From: Deltaproteobacteria bacterium
Lineage (GTDB): Bacteria; Myxococcota; Kuafuiibacteriia; Kuafuiibacteriales; Kuafuiibacteriaceae
DNA length: 64,000 nucleotides
Assembly: GCA_040218735.1 (NCBI GenBank)
Contig: JAVJQW010000011.1
Span: forward strand, 288,001-352,000
Direction of reading: 5' to 3'
Shown here: positions 1 through 7,974 of the stretch, piece by piece
Position numbering within the stretch: the stretch's first letter is position 1
Layout of the letters: the number at the start of each line of letters is the position of its first letter
The notes under the pieces: model-generated
The model's input: only the letters and a program-made list of their open reading frames with translations
Told to the model about the DNA's origin: nothing
Databases searched by the model: none
Translations under genes and position numbers: made by a program

Positions 1-627
1 GGAGCCGAACACGAGGACCTCGTTCCTCGCGGCGTCGGTCGCGACGAGGTACAGCTCGAGGACGTCGGAGGTCTTGGCGTCGGGCGCCGTCGCGGGGAGC
101 TCGACCCGCGTGGGGCGCTCACCGCGTTTGGGGAGGACGAGCGGCGAGACCTCGAACTTGTTGGCGCCGCGGCGCCGGTGGTAGAGGCGCGCGCCGACGA
201 GGAAACCTTCGGGATCGGCGACGACCTCCACGTCGACGGGGACCGGCTGGTCGACGAGGACGTCGCGCGGCCAGCTCACGTCCACGCTCGGCGCGGGGCG
301 CGCGAGGCTCTTCTTGCGGGCCTCCTCGAAGACAAACGTGACCTTCGGCGAGAGCGTGTAGCTGATGGCTCGGCCGGGATCGAGCGCGAGCATCTTCGAG
401 AAGGCCTCGATCGCGTCCTTGGATTGCTCGAGGTAGGCGTACGCGATCCCGAGCTGCTCGTAGAGGCGGACGTGCTGGTCGTGGGTGAGCGGCCCGCGCT
501 CCGTGAGGCCTTCGAGGATCGTGACGGCGTCGCCCGGGCGGAACTCGGCGAGGGCTGCGTCGGCGCGGTCGAGCGTGTCGTTCACCGATCCTGCGATCAG
601 CGCGACGATGAGGAGCGCGGCGCTCAT
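1..627 (-). CDS. Secreted TPR-like hypothetical protein (partial, runs off the left edge)
   Basis: Hand translation from ATG 627: MSAALLIVALIAGSVNDTLDRADAALAEFRPGDAVTILEGL...LYEQLGIAYAYLEQSKDAIEAFSKMLALDP... It has a signal-peptide-like N-terminus and a TPR-like helix pair. The frame is open to position 1, so it is absent from the ORF track. Confidence 0.75.
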   Translation of the reverse strand, partial: MSAALLIVALIAGSVNDTLDRADAALAEFRPGDAVTILEGLTERGPLTHDQHVRLYEQLGIAYAYLEQSKDAIEAFSKMLALDPGRAISYTLSPKVTFVFEEARKKSLARPAPSVDVSWPRDVLVDQPVPVDVEVVADPEGFLVGARLYHRRRGANKFEVSPLVLPKRGERPTRVELPATAPDAKTSDVLELYLVATDAARNEVLVFGS

Positions 628-639
628 CGTTCTCGAAAG

Positions 640-1233
640 TTAGCCCGGATGACCGCGATCGGCGAGCAAACCGCCGAGCGTGCGTTCGGCGGCGTCACGC
701 AGACCGAGCGGGACGAGGACGCCGACTTCGAGGAGCGAAGGGTGCGCGCGGCGATCGAGCGCGCGGACGAGCGCGGACAGGACGTGGCGCACCGAGAGTC
801 GGGCGTGCACCGTGCCGAGCGGTTCGAACGCGAGGCGAGCGAGGCCGCGCCGTGCGGCGACGTCGAGCGCGGCGGCGACGGCGTCGTCGATCCACGCGGG
901 GCACGTCGAAGGTTCGAGGGCGAGATCGTGGACGACGGCGAGGATGCGTGCGCCGTGGTCGACGACGGTGCCGACGGAGCGCGGCTCGAAGCGCGCGACG
1001 TCTTCGAGGATGCGGAGCGTCGGCGGGACCGGCTCGTCCGGGATCCACGCGGGCGCGGAGAGCACGAGGTGCGTGTCTTCTTCGACGACGCGCGTGACGC
1101 GCGTGAACACTGGATCGTCCGGCGTGGCGAGCGCGACGGCGACGCCGCCGACACGACCGAAGTCCGCGAGCCCGCCGGGCACCAACGTCAAGTGGGGGAT
1201 CGTACGCACGACGATGGGGATCGTTCCTTCCAC
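640..1233 (-). CDS. Hypothetical protein, possible degenerate macro-domain fold
   Basis: 197-aa ORF. The segment ILAVVHDL...AVAAALDVAARRGLARLAFEPLGTVH resembles the macro-domain C-terminal pattern. Start uncertain. Confidence 0.55.
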   Translation of the reverse strand: MEGTIPIVVRTIPHLTLVPGGLADFGRVGGVAVALATPDDPVFTRVTRVVEEDTHLVLSAPAWIPDEPVPPTLRILEDVARFEPRSVGTVVDHGARILAVVHDLALEPSTCPAWIDDAVAAALDVAARRGLARLAFEPLGTVHARLSVRHVLSALVRALDRRAHPSLLEVGVLVPLGLRDAAERTLGGLLADRGHPG

Positions 1234-1327
1234 CCACGGGATCGTTTGGCAATGGGTGAGAGGTGCGAACGTTGACGGGATTGCCGGGTATGCGTAGATT
1301 GCCGCGCAACCGCGCCGCCGAAGCGCC

Positions 1328-1339
1328 TGAAGCGCTTCA
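1328..1339. promoter_or_regulatory. Perfect 12-bp palindrome TGAAGCGCTTCA, LacI-family-operator-like
   Basis: Lies in the intergenic region between divergent genes (starts 1233 and 1381). Central AAGCGCTT; an extra GAAGCGC copy is at 1320-1326. Confidence 0.35.
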
Positions 1340-1380
1340 TCAGGGTATTCAGCAACGGGCGTGTAGGGGAGTTAGAACTC

Positions 1381-2931
1381 ATGGAATCCATCCGGGTCTC
1401 CGGCATCATTCCGGCAACCACTGAACGCGTCTACAGCGCCTGGCTGGACAGCACGGAGCACTCCTCCTTCACCGGCTCCAAGCCCGCCGAGATCTCGGAC
1501 CAGCCGGGCGGGAAGTTCTCGGCGTTCGACGGCTATATCAGCGGCACGAACACCGAGCTGAAGGCGAACAAGAAGATCATCCAGGGCTGGCGTACGACGG
1601 ACTTCCCGGCGGACGCGGAGGACTCGCGGCTGGAGATCGTGCTGCGGCGTCGCGACGACGGCACCACGGAGATCACGATTCTCCATACCAACATCCCGGA
1701 TGGGCTCGGGCACAAGTTCGAGGCGGGGTGGGTCGACATGTACCTGACCCCGATGCGCCGGTACTTCAACGAGCTCGCGGAGGCCGAGAAGCGGGCCGCA
1801 GCGCGCAAGCTCCAGATGGAAGCGCAGCGCGCCGAGCGCGAGGCACGTCGCGCAGAGCAGGCCGCGGAGCGGGCGAAGCTCGCCGCCGAGCGGCTGAAGA
1901 TCCAGAACGCGAAGCGCGCCGAAGCGCAGAAGAAGCGCGAGGAAGAGCGCAAGAAGCGCGAAGAGAAGCGCCGGATCGAGAAGGCGAAGCGCGAGGAAGC
2001 CCGACGCAAGGCCGCCGAGAAGAAGCGCATCGAGCGCGAGAAGAAGGCGGAGAAGCGGCGCAAGGAGCAGGAGAAGAAGCGCATCGCCAAGCAGAAGGCC
2101 GCCGAGAAGAAGAAGCGCGACCAGGAGAAGAAGCGGCTCGCGAAGCAGCAGGCCGCCGAGAAGAAGAAGCGCGACCAAGAGAAGAAGCGCATCGCGAAGC
2201 AGAAGGCCGCCGAGAAGAAGAAGCGCGAGCTCGAGAAGAAGCGCATCGCCAAGCAGCAGGCCGCCGAGAAGAAGAAGCGCGAGCTCGAGAAGAAGCGCAT
2301 CGCCAAGCAGAAGGCCGCCGAGAAGCGCCGCAAGGAGCAGGAGAAGAAGCGCATCGCCAAGCAGAAGGCCGCCGAGAAGAAGCGGAAGGCCCTCGAGGCG
2401 AAGAAACTCGCTGCGAAGAAGGCCGCCGAGAAGAAGCGGATCGAGCAGGAGAAGAAGCGCATCGCGAAGCAGAAGGCCGCCGAGAAGAAGAAGGCCGCTG
2501 CGGCGAAGAAGAAGGCCGCGGAGAAGAAGCGCCGCGAGGCCGCCGCGAAGAAGAAGGCTGCGGCGAAGAAGAAGGCCGCGACCAAGAAGAAGACTTCGAA
2601 GAAGAAGGCCCCCGCCAAGAAGGCCGCGAAGAAGAAGGCTTCGAAGAAGAAGGCCGCGAAGAAGAAGGCCCCGGCGCGCAAGGCTTCCAAGAAGAAGGCA
2701 CCCGCCAAGAAGGCTTCGAAGAAGAAGGCCCCGGCGCGCAAGGCTTCCAAGAAGAAGGCGCCCGCCAAGAAGGTCTCGAAGAAGAAGGCGCCCGCCAAGA
2801 AGGCTTCGAAGAAGAAGGCGCCCGCCAAGAAGGCTTCGAAGAAGAAGGCGCCCGCCAAGAAGGTCTCGAGGAAGAAGGCGCCCGCCAAGAAGGCCTCGAA
2901 GAAGAAGGCGGCGGCCAAGCGCCGACGCTGA
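1381..2931 (+). CDS. SRPBCC/AHSA1 (Aha1 C-terminal-like) domain fused to an E/K/R helical stalk and a histone-H1-like KKKAPAKKAS tail
   Basis: N-terminal ~130 aa: VYSAWLD..H..FTG..AEI...PGGKFSAFDGYISG...IIQGWRTTDFP...LHTNIP....GWVDMY, the AHSA1 pattern. This is followed by a Lys/Glu/Arg-rich region and PAKK repeats. Confidence 0.85.
   Translation: MESIRVSGIIPATTERVYSAWLDSTEHSSFTGSKPAEISDQPGGKFSAFDGYISGTNTELKANKKIIQGWRTTDFPADAEDSRLEIVLRRRDDGTTEITILHTNIPDGLGHKFEAGWVDMYLTPMRRYFNELAEAEKRAAARKLQMEAQRAEREARRAEQAAERAKLAAERLKIQNAKRAEAQKKREEERKKREEKRRIEKAKREEARRKAAEKKRIEREKKAEKRRKEQEKKRIAKQKAAEKKKRDQEKKRLAKQQAAEKKKRDQEKKRIAKQKAAEKKKRELEKKRIAKQQAAEKKKRELEKKRIAKQKAAEKRRKEQEKKRIAKQKAAEKKRKALEAKKLAAKKAAEKKRIEQEKKRIAKQKAAEKKKAAAAKKKAAEKKRREAAAKKKAAAKKKAATKKKTSKKKAPAKKAAKKKASKKKAAKKKAPARKASKKKAPAKKASKKKAPARKASKKKAPAKKVSKKKAPAKKASKKKAPAKKASKKKAPAKKVSRKKAPAKKASKKKAAAKRRR
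2068..2499 (+). repeat. Coding tandem repeat, 8 x 54 bp (18 aa, QEKKRIAKQKAAEKKKRD-type)
   Basis: Units start at 2068, 2122 and so on with a 54-bp period. Confidence 0.85.
2599..2928 (+). repeat. Coding tandem repeat, 11 x 30 bp (10 aa, KKKAPAKKAS consensus)
   Basis: Repeated aagaagaaggcgcccgccaagaaggcttcg-like units run up to the stop at 2929-2931. Confidence 0.9.
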
Positions 2932-2953
2932 CGCCGACCCCGCGCGGGCGACC

Positions 2954-3601
2954 ATGGCGAACACACTCGACACGGTCGTCCTGCGCCTCCAAGCCGGTGA
3001 CGTCACGCTGCAGATCGAGCAGATCGAGCAGCTCTCCTCCCTCGCGACGGAGTCACTCCGCGCGGGGACCGACCCCTACTGGGCGTACCTGTGGCCGAGC
3101 GCGCGCGCGCTCGTGCAGCACATCGGACAGAGCGACGTCGACTTCTCGGGGCTGAACGTCCTGGAGATCGGCGCGGGCCTCGGGGCGCCGGGACTGCTCG
3201 CCGCGGCGCGCGGCGCCCGCGTCACCGCGACGGACGGACGCGAGGAGGCGCTCGACCTCATCACCGCGAACGCCGAGCGCAACGGGCTCGACGTCCAGGT
3301 GCGTCAACTCGACTGGTCGGCGCCCCCCGAGGACCTCGATACCTTCGATCTGATCCTGGCCTCCGACGTCCTCTACGACGACGGCATGCTCCGCACCGTC
3401 CTGCGCTTCACGAAGCGGGCCCTGGCCCAACAAGGCGCGCTCTGGCTCGCCGATCCCGAGCGGATCCCAGCCTCGGGCATCCGCGGCGCGGCGATCCTCT
3501 CGGGGCTCGAGACCGAGAGCCGCGTCCTCGTCCCCGGTCAGACGCTCACCGGCGGCGTGAGCCTGCACGTCCTGCGTCGGCGGGCGCGACGCTTCGGGTG
3601 A
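2954..3601 (+). CDS. Protein-lysine methyltransferase, Methyltransf_16 (METTL20/21-like) family
   Basis: PYWAYLWPSARAL, motif I VLEIGAGLG, VTATD, LDW and the DxxY motif ILASDVLY. Confidence 0.85.
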   Translation: MANTLDTVVLRLQAGDVTLQIEQIEQLSSLATESLRAGTDPYWAYLWPSARALVQHIGQSDVDFSGLNVLEIGAGLGAPGLLAAARGARVTATDGREEALDLITANAERNGLDVQVRQLDWSAPPEDLDTFDLILASDVLYDDGMLRTVLRFTKRALAQQGALWLADPERIPASGIRGAAILSGLETESRVLVPGQTLTGGVSLHVLRRRARRFG

Positions 3602-3632
3602 TATCGGGCGAGCGTTCTGATACGCCCTCGCC

Positions 3633-4778
3633 ATGGCGAAGGTGCTCCCGAACGTCTACGGCAACCACTTCATCGTGCGGCCCCCCGTGCCGGCCACGGT
3701 CAACAAAGCCGGCGCGAACTACAAGAGCGAAGTCACGCACGCCGAGTACTCGCCGCGACGTGCGTTCGACGAGTGGGTCGCGATCTGCGAGGGCATCCGG
3801 AAGTTCGGCGGCGACGCGATCTTCGACTTCGAAGAGGACGACGACGCCTTCCTCGATCACGGAGCGCTGCATGTCGACGCCGAGGGTGCGATCCGCGCCG
3901 AGGGTGAATCGACGATCCTCGGCCACCTCGACGAGGTCCAGACCGGCCGGGTCTTCTGTGCAAACGGCCCGTGGGTGACCGTCGACAAGGGCTCGCTGTC
4001 GGCCGTGCTCCCGAACATGCTCGAGCACCGCAAGGACGAGCTGGCCTACTACGAGGCGCTGCTCGATGCGATCGCGACGTTCGGCGAGTACGAGCTCGAC
4101 GTCGGCGTGAACCCGCACCGCTGGGAGGGGATGGCGGACGTCGCGGTCGTCGGCGAGCAGGTCGTGCTCACGCACACCGTGAAGGGCCACTACGACGCCG
4201 GGCTCGAAGACAAAACGATGCGTTCGAGTCAGGAGGGTGTCGCGTACGCCGCCGACTTCGTCGGTGTCCCGGAGGAGGCCTGCATCTTCGCAGAGCTCGT
4301 GTACCCACACTTTCACGGCGACACCGTGCACTTCGGCGCGCGCCCCAAGAGCGGCGGCGCGAAGCTCGCGCACTACTCGGGCGGCCTCGTCGAAGGTGAG
4401 GCCGAGCGGGTGGCGGAGGCGCTCCCGGACGGCGCGATCGTCCCGATCGGCCGCGACGACGCGGTGGAGTTCTACGCGGGCAACTCGCGACAAGTCGGTG
4501 GCGGGGTGTTGGTGCCGGACGGCGTGACGGACACGTTCGTCGCGTCGATGGAGGCCCTCGGGCTGCCGGTGCACCGCGTCGCGCTCTTCGAGCTGTTCGG
4601 CAAGGCGGGCGGCGGGCCGGCGTGTGCGACGCTCTACCTCCCGAAGAACCTCACGCTGCCGAAGGACACGCCGCTCTTGTTCTCGAATCGCGCCGAGGAG
4701 ATCGCGGAGCGCCGTGCGCGCATCCCGGAGCGGCTCACCGTCGACCCGGCCTACTTCGCCAACAAGAAGCGCGGCTGA
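3633..4778 (+). CDS. Pentein-superfamily guanidino-group hydrolase (DDAH/amidinotransferase/arginine dihydrolase-like)
   Basis: VFCANG, WEGMAD, HFHGDT, YAGNS and the C-terminal KAGGGPAC with the nucleophile Cys. Confidence 0.75.
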   Translation: MAKVLPNVYGNHFIVRPPVPATVNKAGANYKSEVTHAEYSPRRAFDEWVAICEGIRKFGGDAIFDFEEDDDAFLDHGALHVDAEGAIRAEGESTILGHLDEVQTGRVFCANGPWVTVDKGSLSAVLPNMLEHRKDELAYYEALLDAIATFGEYELDVGVNPHRWEGMADVAVVGEQVVLTHTVKGHYDAGLEDKTMRSSQEGVAYAADFVGVPEEACIFAELVYPHFHGDTVHFGARPKSGGAKLAHYSGGLVEGEAERVAEALPDGAIVPIGRDDAVEFYAGNSRQVGGGVLVPDGVTDTFVASMEALGLPVHRVALFELFGKAGGGPACATLYLPKNLTLPKDTPLLFSNRAEEIAERRARIPERLTVDPAYFANKKRG

Positions 4779-4795
4779 GAGCGGCTACGGCAGCG

Positions 4796-4832
4796 CCGGC
4801 GCGCGGATCGCTTACGCCGAGCCGCGCGCTGG
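4796..4832 (+). terminator. GC-rich hairpin after the 1381-4778 operon
   Basis: CCGGCGCGCGG...CCGCGCGCTGG forms an 11-bp stem with one G-U pair. No U-tract. Confidence 0.3.
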
Positions 4833-4924
4833 ACCGACGGTCTGGTCCATACGTCCCGCGAGGCCGGGCCTCGACACCCGAGTGTCACACAACGCCCCAC
4901 ATCATTCGCCGATAAGGGTTTCAA

Positions 4925-5350
4925 ATGACGTCAGGGGACCTCAGCGCGCCGGCGCGGGTGGAGCGCTTCTTCTCCGCCCTGCTCCCGGAGGCGGTTCGCC
5001 GCCAGCGGGACGCGTTCCGACTCACGCGCGGCTCGCTGTCCATCTTCGTGGAGGGCGCGGGCGCGTGGTGCATCCGGTTCGGCGCTCGGCCCGAGGACGC
5101 GATCGCGGAAGCGAGCTTCGATGCGGACGGGGTCGCGGTGTTCACCGTCGACGCGTTCGTGGCGCTGCTCGACGGCGACGCCTCGGTGCGGCCGGCGACG
5201 TTCCTCGGTGACGAAGGCCTCCTGACGCAGCTCGGCGCGCTGATGCAGCCGCCCAAACGCGGCGCCCTCGGCGTGCGAAGCGCAGCCCCCATCCCGAAAA
5301 CCCAACGAACGAAGAGAAGGAACCTCGACCATGTCACGCATCTCCCATGA
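4925..5350 (+). CDS. SCP2 sterol-carrier-like domain protein
   Basis: IFVEGAGAWCIRF...ADGVAVFTVDAFVALLDG...FLGDEGLL matches the SCP2 pattern. It overlaps the next gene by 20 nt. Confidence 0.55.
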   Translation: MTSGDLSAPARVERFFSALLPEAVRRQRDAFRLTRGSLSIFVEGAGAWCIRFGARPEDAIAEASFDADGVAVFTVDAFVALLDGDASVRPATFLGDEGLLTQLGALMQPPKRGALGVRSAAPIPKTQRTKRRNLDHVTHLP

Positions 5351-6536
5351 CACGCCCATGCGCGCGTACGACCACATCGCCAACCTCCTGCAGGAGGCCG
5401 GCGGTGCCGACGGCCGCATCTCGCGCGCCGACAAGGACAAGCTCATCGCCAAGCTCGAGGCCGAAGGCCGCGGGACCGAGGCGCTCGCCGCGAAGAACCT
5501 CTTCACGATGATCGACGCCCGGGACGCGGGCGCGGGCAACGTCGTCACCGCGTACGACCTGAAGCGCGACCGCTCCTACGTCGAAGCGAAGCTCCTCGAG
5601 AACCGGGACGTGAACGCGAACGGCTTCTCGAAGGCGGAGATCGCGAAGATGTCGACGACGGGCCGCGCGCTCGTCGAGCTCGGCCAGGCGCTCGCCGTCG
5701 AGGCGTCGCGCGGTCGCGTCGCGCACGCCACGCCGGAGCGCGGGCTCATGCACGTCGCCACGATGATCCGCAAGGCGGCGCAGGAAGACCTGATCACCAG
5801 CCGCGCCGACATCGACGCGTTCGCCGCCAAGCTGATGGGCGAAGGCCGCGGCACCGAGGCGCTCGCGTTCCGCACGTTCGCCGGCTTCATCGACAACCGC
5901 GACGCGGCGCCGGGCGCCCGCATCACGGACGCCGACATCACGAAGGCGGTCGACTACGCGAGCTCGACGATGCTCCGCAAGAAGGACGGCAACGACAACG
6001 GCTACAGCAAGGACGAGATCGCGAACTTCTCGACCTCCGCGAAGGCGTTCCTGATCATCGGCCAGCTCGTCGAGGCCGGCGTGCTCGACTCGTCGATGCC
6101 GCTCGAGGGCAAGGCCGTGCAGGCGGTGCTCTCGAAGCACTTCAAGGGCCAGGAGTTCGACCAGATGGGCAGCGAAGGTGGCGTCGGCATGCGCGCCGTC
6201 CACCGCGCGGGTTCGTTCGACGCCGTCACGGAGCAGTCGTTCCGCAAGGCGTTCAACATGCCGAACCGCGACATCCAGGTCGTCGACAAGTTCACGGCGG
6301 ACGACATCCGTACGTTCATCGAGAACAACGCGTACGCGTACACGGACGGCAAGTGGCAGAAGGACCCGAAGGCGGCGGACCAGGCGTTCGACTCGATGTC
6401 GGTGCTGCGCTCGCTCGAGGACCTGAAGGTCATCATCACCGGCAGCGGCGACCAGGGCCTGCTCGCGACGTACATCGTCGGCATCGCGCCCGACAAATCG
6501 ATGGTCGGCGCGCAGACCGGCGTCGTCTGGACCTGA
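5331..6536 (+). CDS. Nuclease A inhibitor (NuiA)-like C-terminal domain with a duplicated N-terminal helical/EF-hand-like domain
   Basis: C-terminal GSEGG...LRSLEDLKV...YIVGIAPDKSMVGAQTGVVWT. Two ~125-aa N-terminal repeats each contain SRAD...EGRGTEALA...FxxIDxRD...NGxSKxEIA. Confidence 0.7.
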   Translation: MSRISHDTPMRAYDHIANLLQEAGGADGRISRADKDKLIAKLEAEGRGTEALAAKNLFTMIDARDAGAGNVVTAYDLKRDRSYVEAKLLENRDVNANGFSKAEIAKMSTTGRALVELGQALAVEASRGRVAHATPERGLMHVATMIRKAAQEDLITSRADIDAFAAKLMGEGRGTEALAFRTFAGFIDNRDAAPGARITDADITKAVDYASSTMLRKKDGNDNGYSKDEIANFSTSAKAFLIIGQLVEAGVLDSSMPLEGKAVQAVLSKHFKGQEFDQMGSEGGVGMRAVHRAGSFDAVTEQSFRKAFNMPNRDIQVVDKFTADDIRTFIENNAYAYTDGKWQKDPKAADQAFDSMSVLRSLEDLKVIITGSGDQGLLATYIVGIAPDKSMVGAQTGVVWT

Positions 6537-6542
6537 TCGCCC

Positions 6543-7433
6543 TCAACGGCGACGGAACGCGATCTCGATCGACGACACCACGAGGTCGTCGAACGCCTCC
6601 GTCGCCGCCTTCATACACGTCGGGAAGCGACGCACGAGATCGAGCGCCGAGATGTCGACGCGCTCCTCGTAGAGCGTGCGCTCCGCGCGCGCGCCGACGC
6701 GCCCCCACAGCCGCCTGAAGTCCGTGACGCTCATGCCGTTCACGGCGTCCCAAGCGATCGGCTTCGCGTCGATGCCGGCGACGTAGGCGTCGAGGGTCTC
6801 GCGGTCGAAGAGCAGGTGGCAGTACGGGACCGTGACGGTGCGATACGCGTGAAGGCCGCGCGGTGACGCGTAGAGCGGGCCGAAGATCAGATACAGGACG
6901 CCGCCGGGCCTCAGCACGCGGAGCGCCTCGTCGAGCACCGCGCCCGCGTCCGCGAAGTGCTCCATCGTGTCGTAGGAGAAGACGACGTCGAACGAGGCGT
7001 CGTCGAACGCGAGCTTCGCGGCGTCCATCTTCAGCAAACGTGCTTTCGACGCGCGGGTGTCGAAGGCGCCGTCGAACAGATCCACGCCCGTCGCTGCGCC
7101 GTGCTCGGCGAGGTGTGCGCTGACCATGCCGTCGTAACAACCGAGCTCGAGGAAGTCGTTGGCGTGCGGCGCGAGTCGTCGGATCTCGGCGGCGCGCTCA
7201 CGCCCGCGTCTCGCCTTCGCCGCCGGGTCGTAGCGGTACGTGTTCAGCGGCGGGTACTTCGCGGCGAGCTCCGGCAACATCTTGGCGGGGAGGAACGCGG
7301 GCTTGCGACCGGCGCGCGCGAACGCGAGGCGCGCGCCGGCGAGGGGCCACTGCTTGCGGAGGGTGTTGAGCCGGTGAAAGACCGGCTTCGGCAACGCCCG
7401 CTTGGCGAGCGCTTTGGCGCGAGCTCGCAGCAC
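6543..7433 (-). CDS. Class I SAM-dependent methyltransferase
   Basis: FLELGCYDG, FDDASFDVVFS, EH, RVLRPGG. Confidence 0.85.
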   Translation of the reverse strand: MLRARAKALAKRALPKPVFHRLNTLRKQWPLAGARLAFARAGRKPAFLPAKMLPELAAKYPPLNTYRYDPAAKARRGRERAAEIRRLAPHANDFLELGCYDGMVSAHLAEHGAATGVDLFDGAFDTRASKARLLKMDAAKLAFDDASFDVVFSYDTMEHFADAGAVLDEALRVLRPGGVLYLIFGPLYASPRGLHAYRTVTVPYCHLLFDRETLDAYVAGIDAKPIAWDAVNGMSVTDFRRLWGRVGARAERTLYEERVDISALDLVRRFPTCMKAATEAFDDLVVSSIEIAFRRR

Positions 7434-7476
7434 CGCATCGCCGTTAACACGACGGGCGTCGAACCCGAAAGCGGGC

Positions 7477-7929
7477 TCACTGTCCGTAGCGGCGCAAGAT
7501 CTCCTCCTCGGAGAGCTCCTCGGTGCGCGCGACGAGCATCCACCGGTGGCCGAAGGGGTCCACGATCTTGGCGGTGCGCTCGCCGTGCGGCGTATCCGCG
7601 ATCTCGCAGTCGAGCTTGGCGCCGTGATCGGTCGCGCGCTTCGCCGCGACGTCGACGTCCTCGACGTAGAGCACCAGGCTCACCGTCGTCCCACCGCGGG
7701 TCTGCGGCCCCGCGAAACCCTCCTCAGGGAACTCGTCCGCGATGTAGACGCGAACGCCGCCCGGGAGGTCGAGCTCGGCGTGTCCGAGGCGTCCGTCCGG
7801 CATCGCGATCTGCATCGAGACCTTCGCGTCCAGCACATCACGGTAGTACGCGAGCGCCTCCTGCGCGTTTTGGACGCTGAGGTACGGGATGAGCCGAGGG
7901 CCGGGGGGGATGGGATCGATCTTCGTCAT
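7477..7929 (-). CDS. VOC/glyoxalase (PhnB-like) protein
   Basis: LIPYLSV..AQEALAYY...HAEL...LYVEDVD...GER...DPFGHRW. Confidence 0.9.
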   Translation of the reverse strand: MTKIDPIPPGPRLIPYLSVQNAQEALAYYRDVLDAKVSMQIAMPDGRLGHAELDLPGGVRVYIADEFPEEGFAGPQTRGGTTVSLVLYVEDVDVAAKRATDHGAKLDCEIADTPHGERTAKIVDPFGHRWMLVARTEELSEEEILRRYGQ

Positions 7930-7974
7930 GCGCCTACCCTGACACGCCTTCGGCCGGTCCGGCTTGGACGTTTG

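Noticed and set aside
2068-2928. Regular 54-bp and 30-bp repeats as a possible CRISPR array
   Set aside because: No unique spacers, in-frame coding periods, and no cas genes.
1372-3006. Long Leu-rich and Phe/Ala-rich minus-strand ORFs (544 and 477 aa)
   Set aside because: Antisense shadows of the AAG/GAG repeats in the Lys-rich gene.
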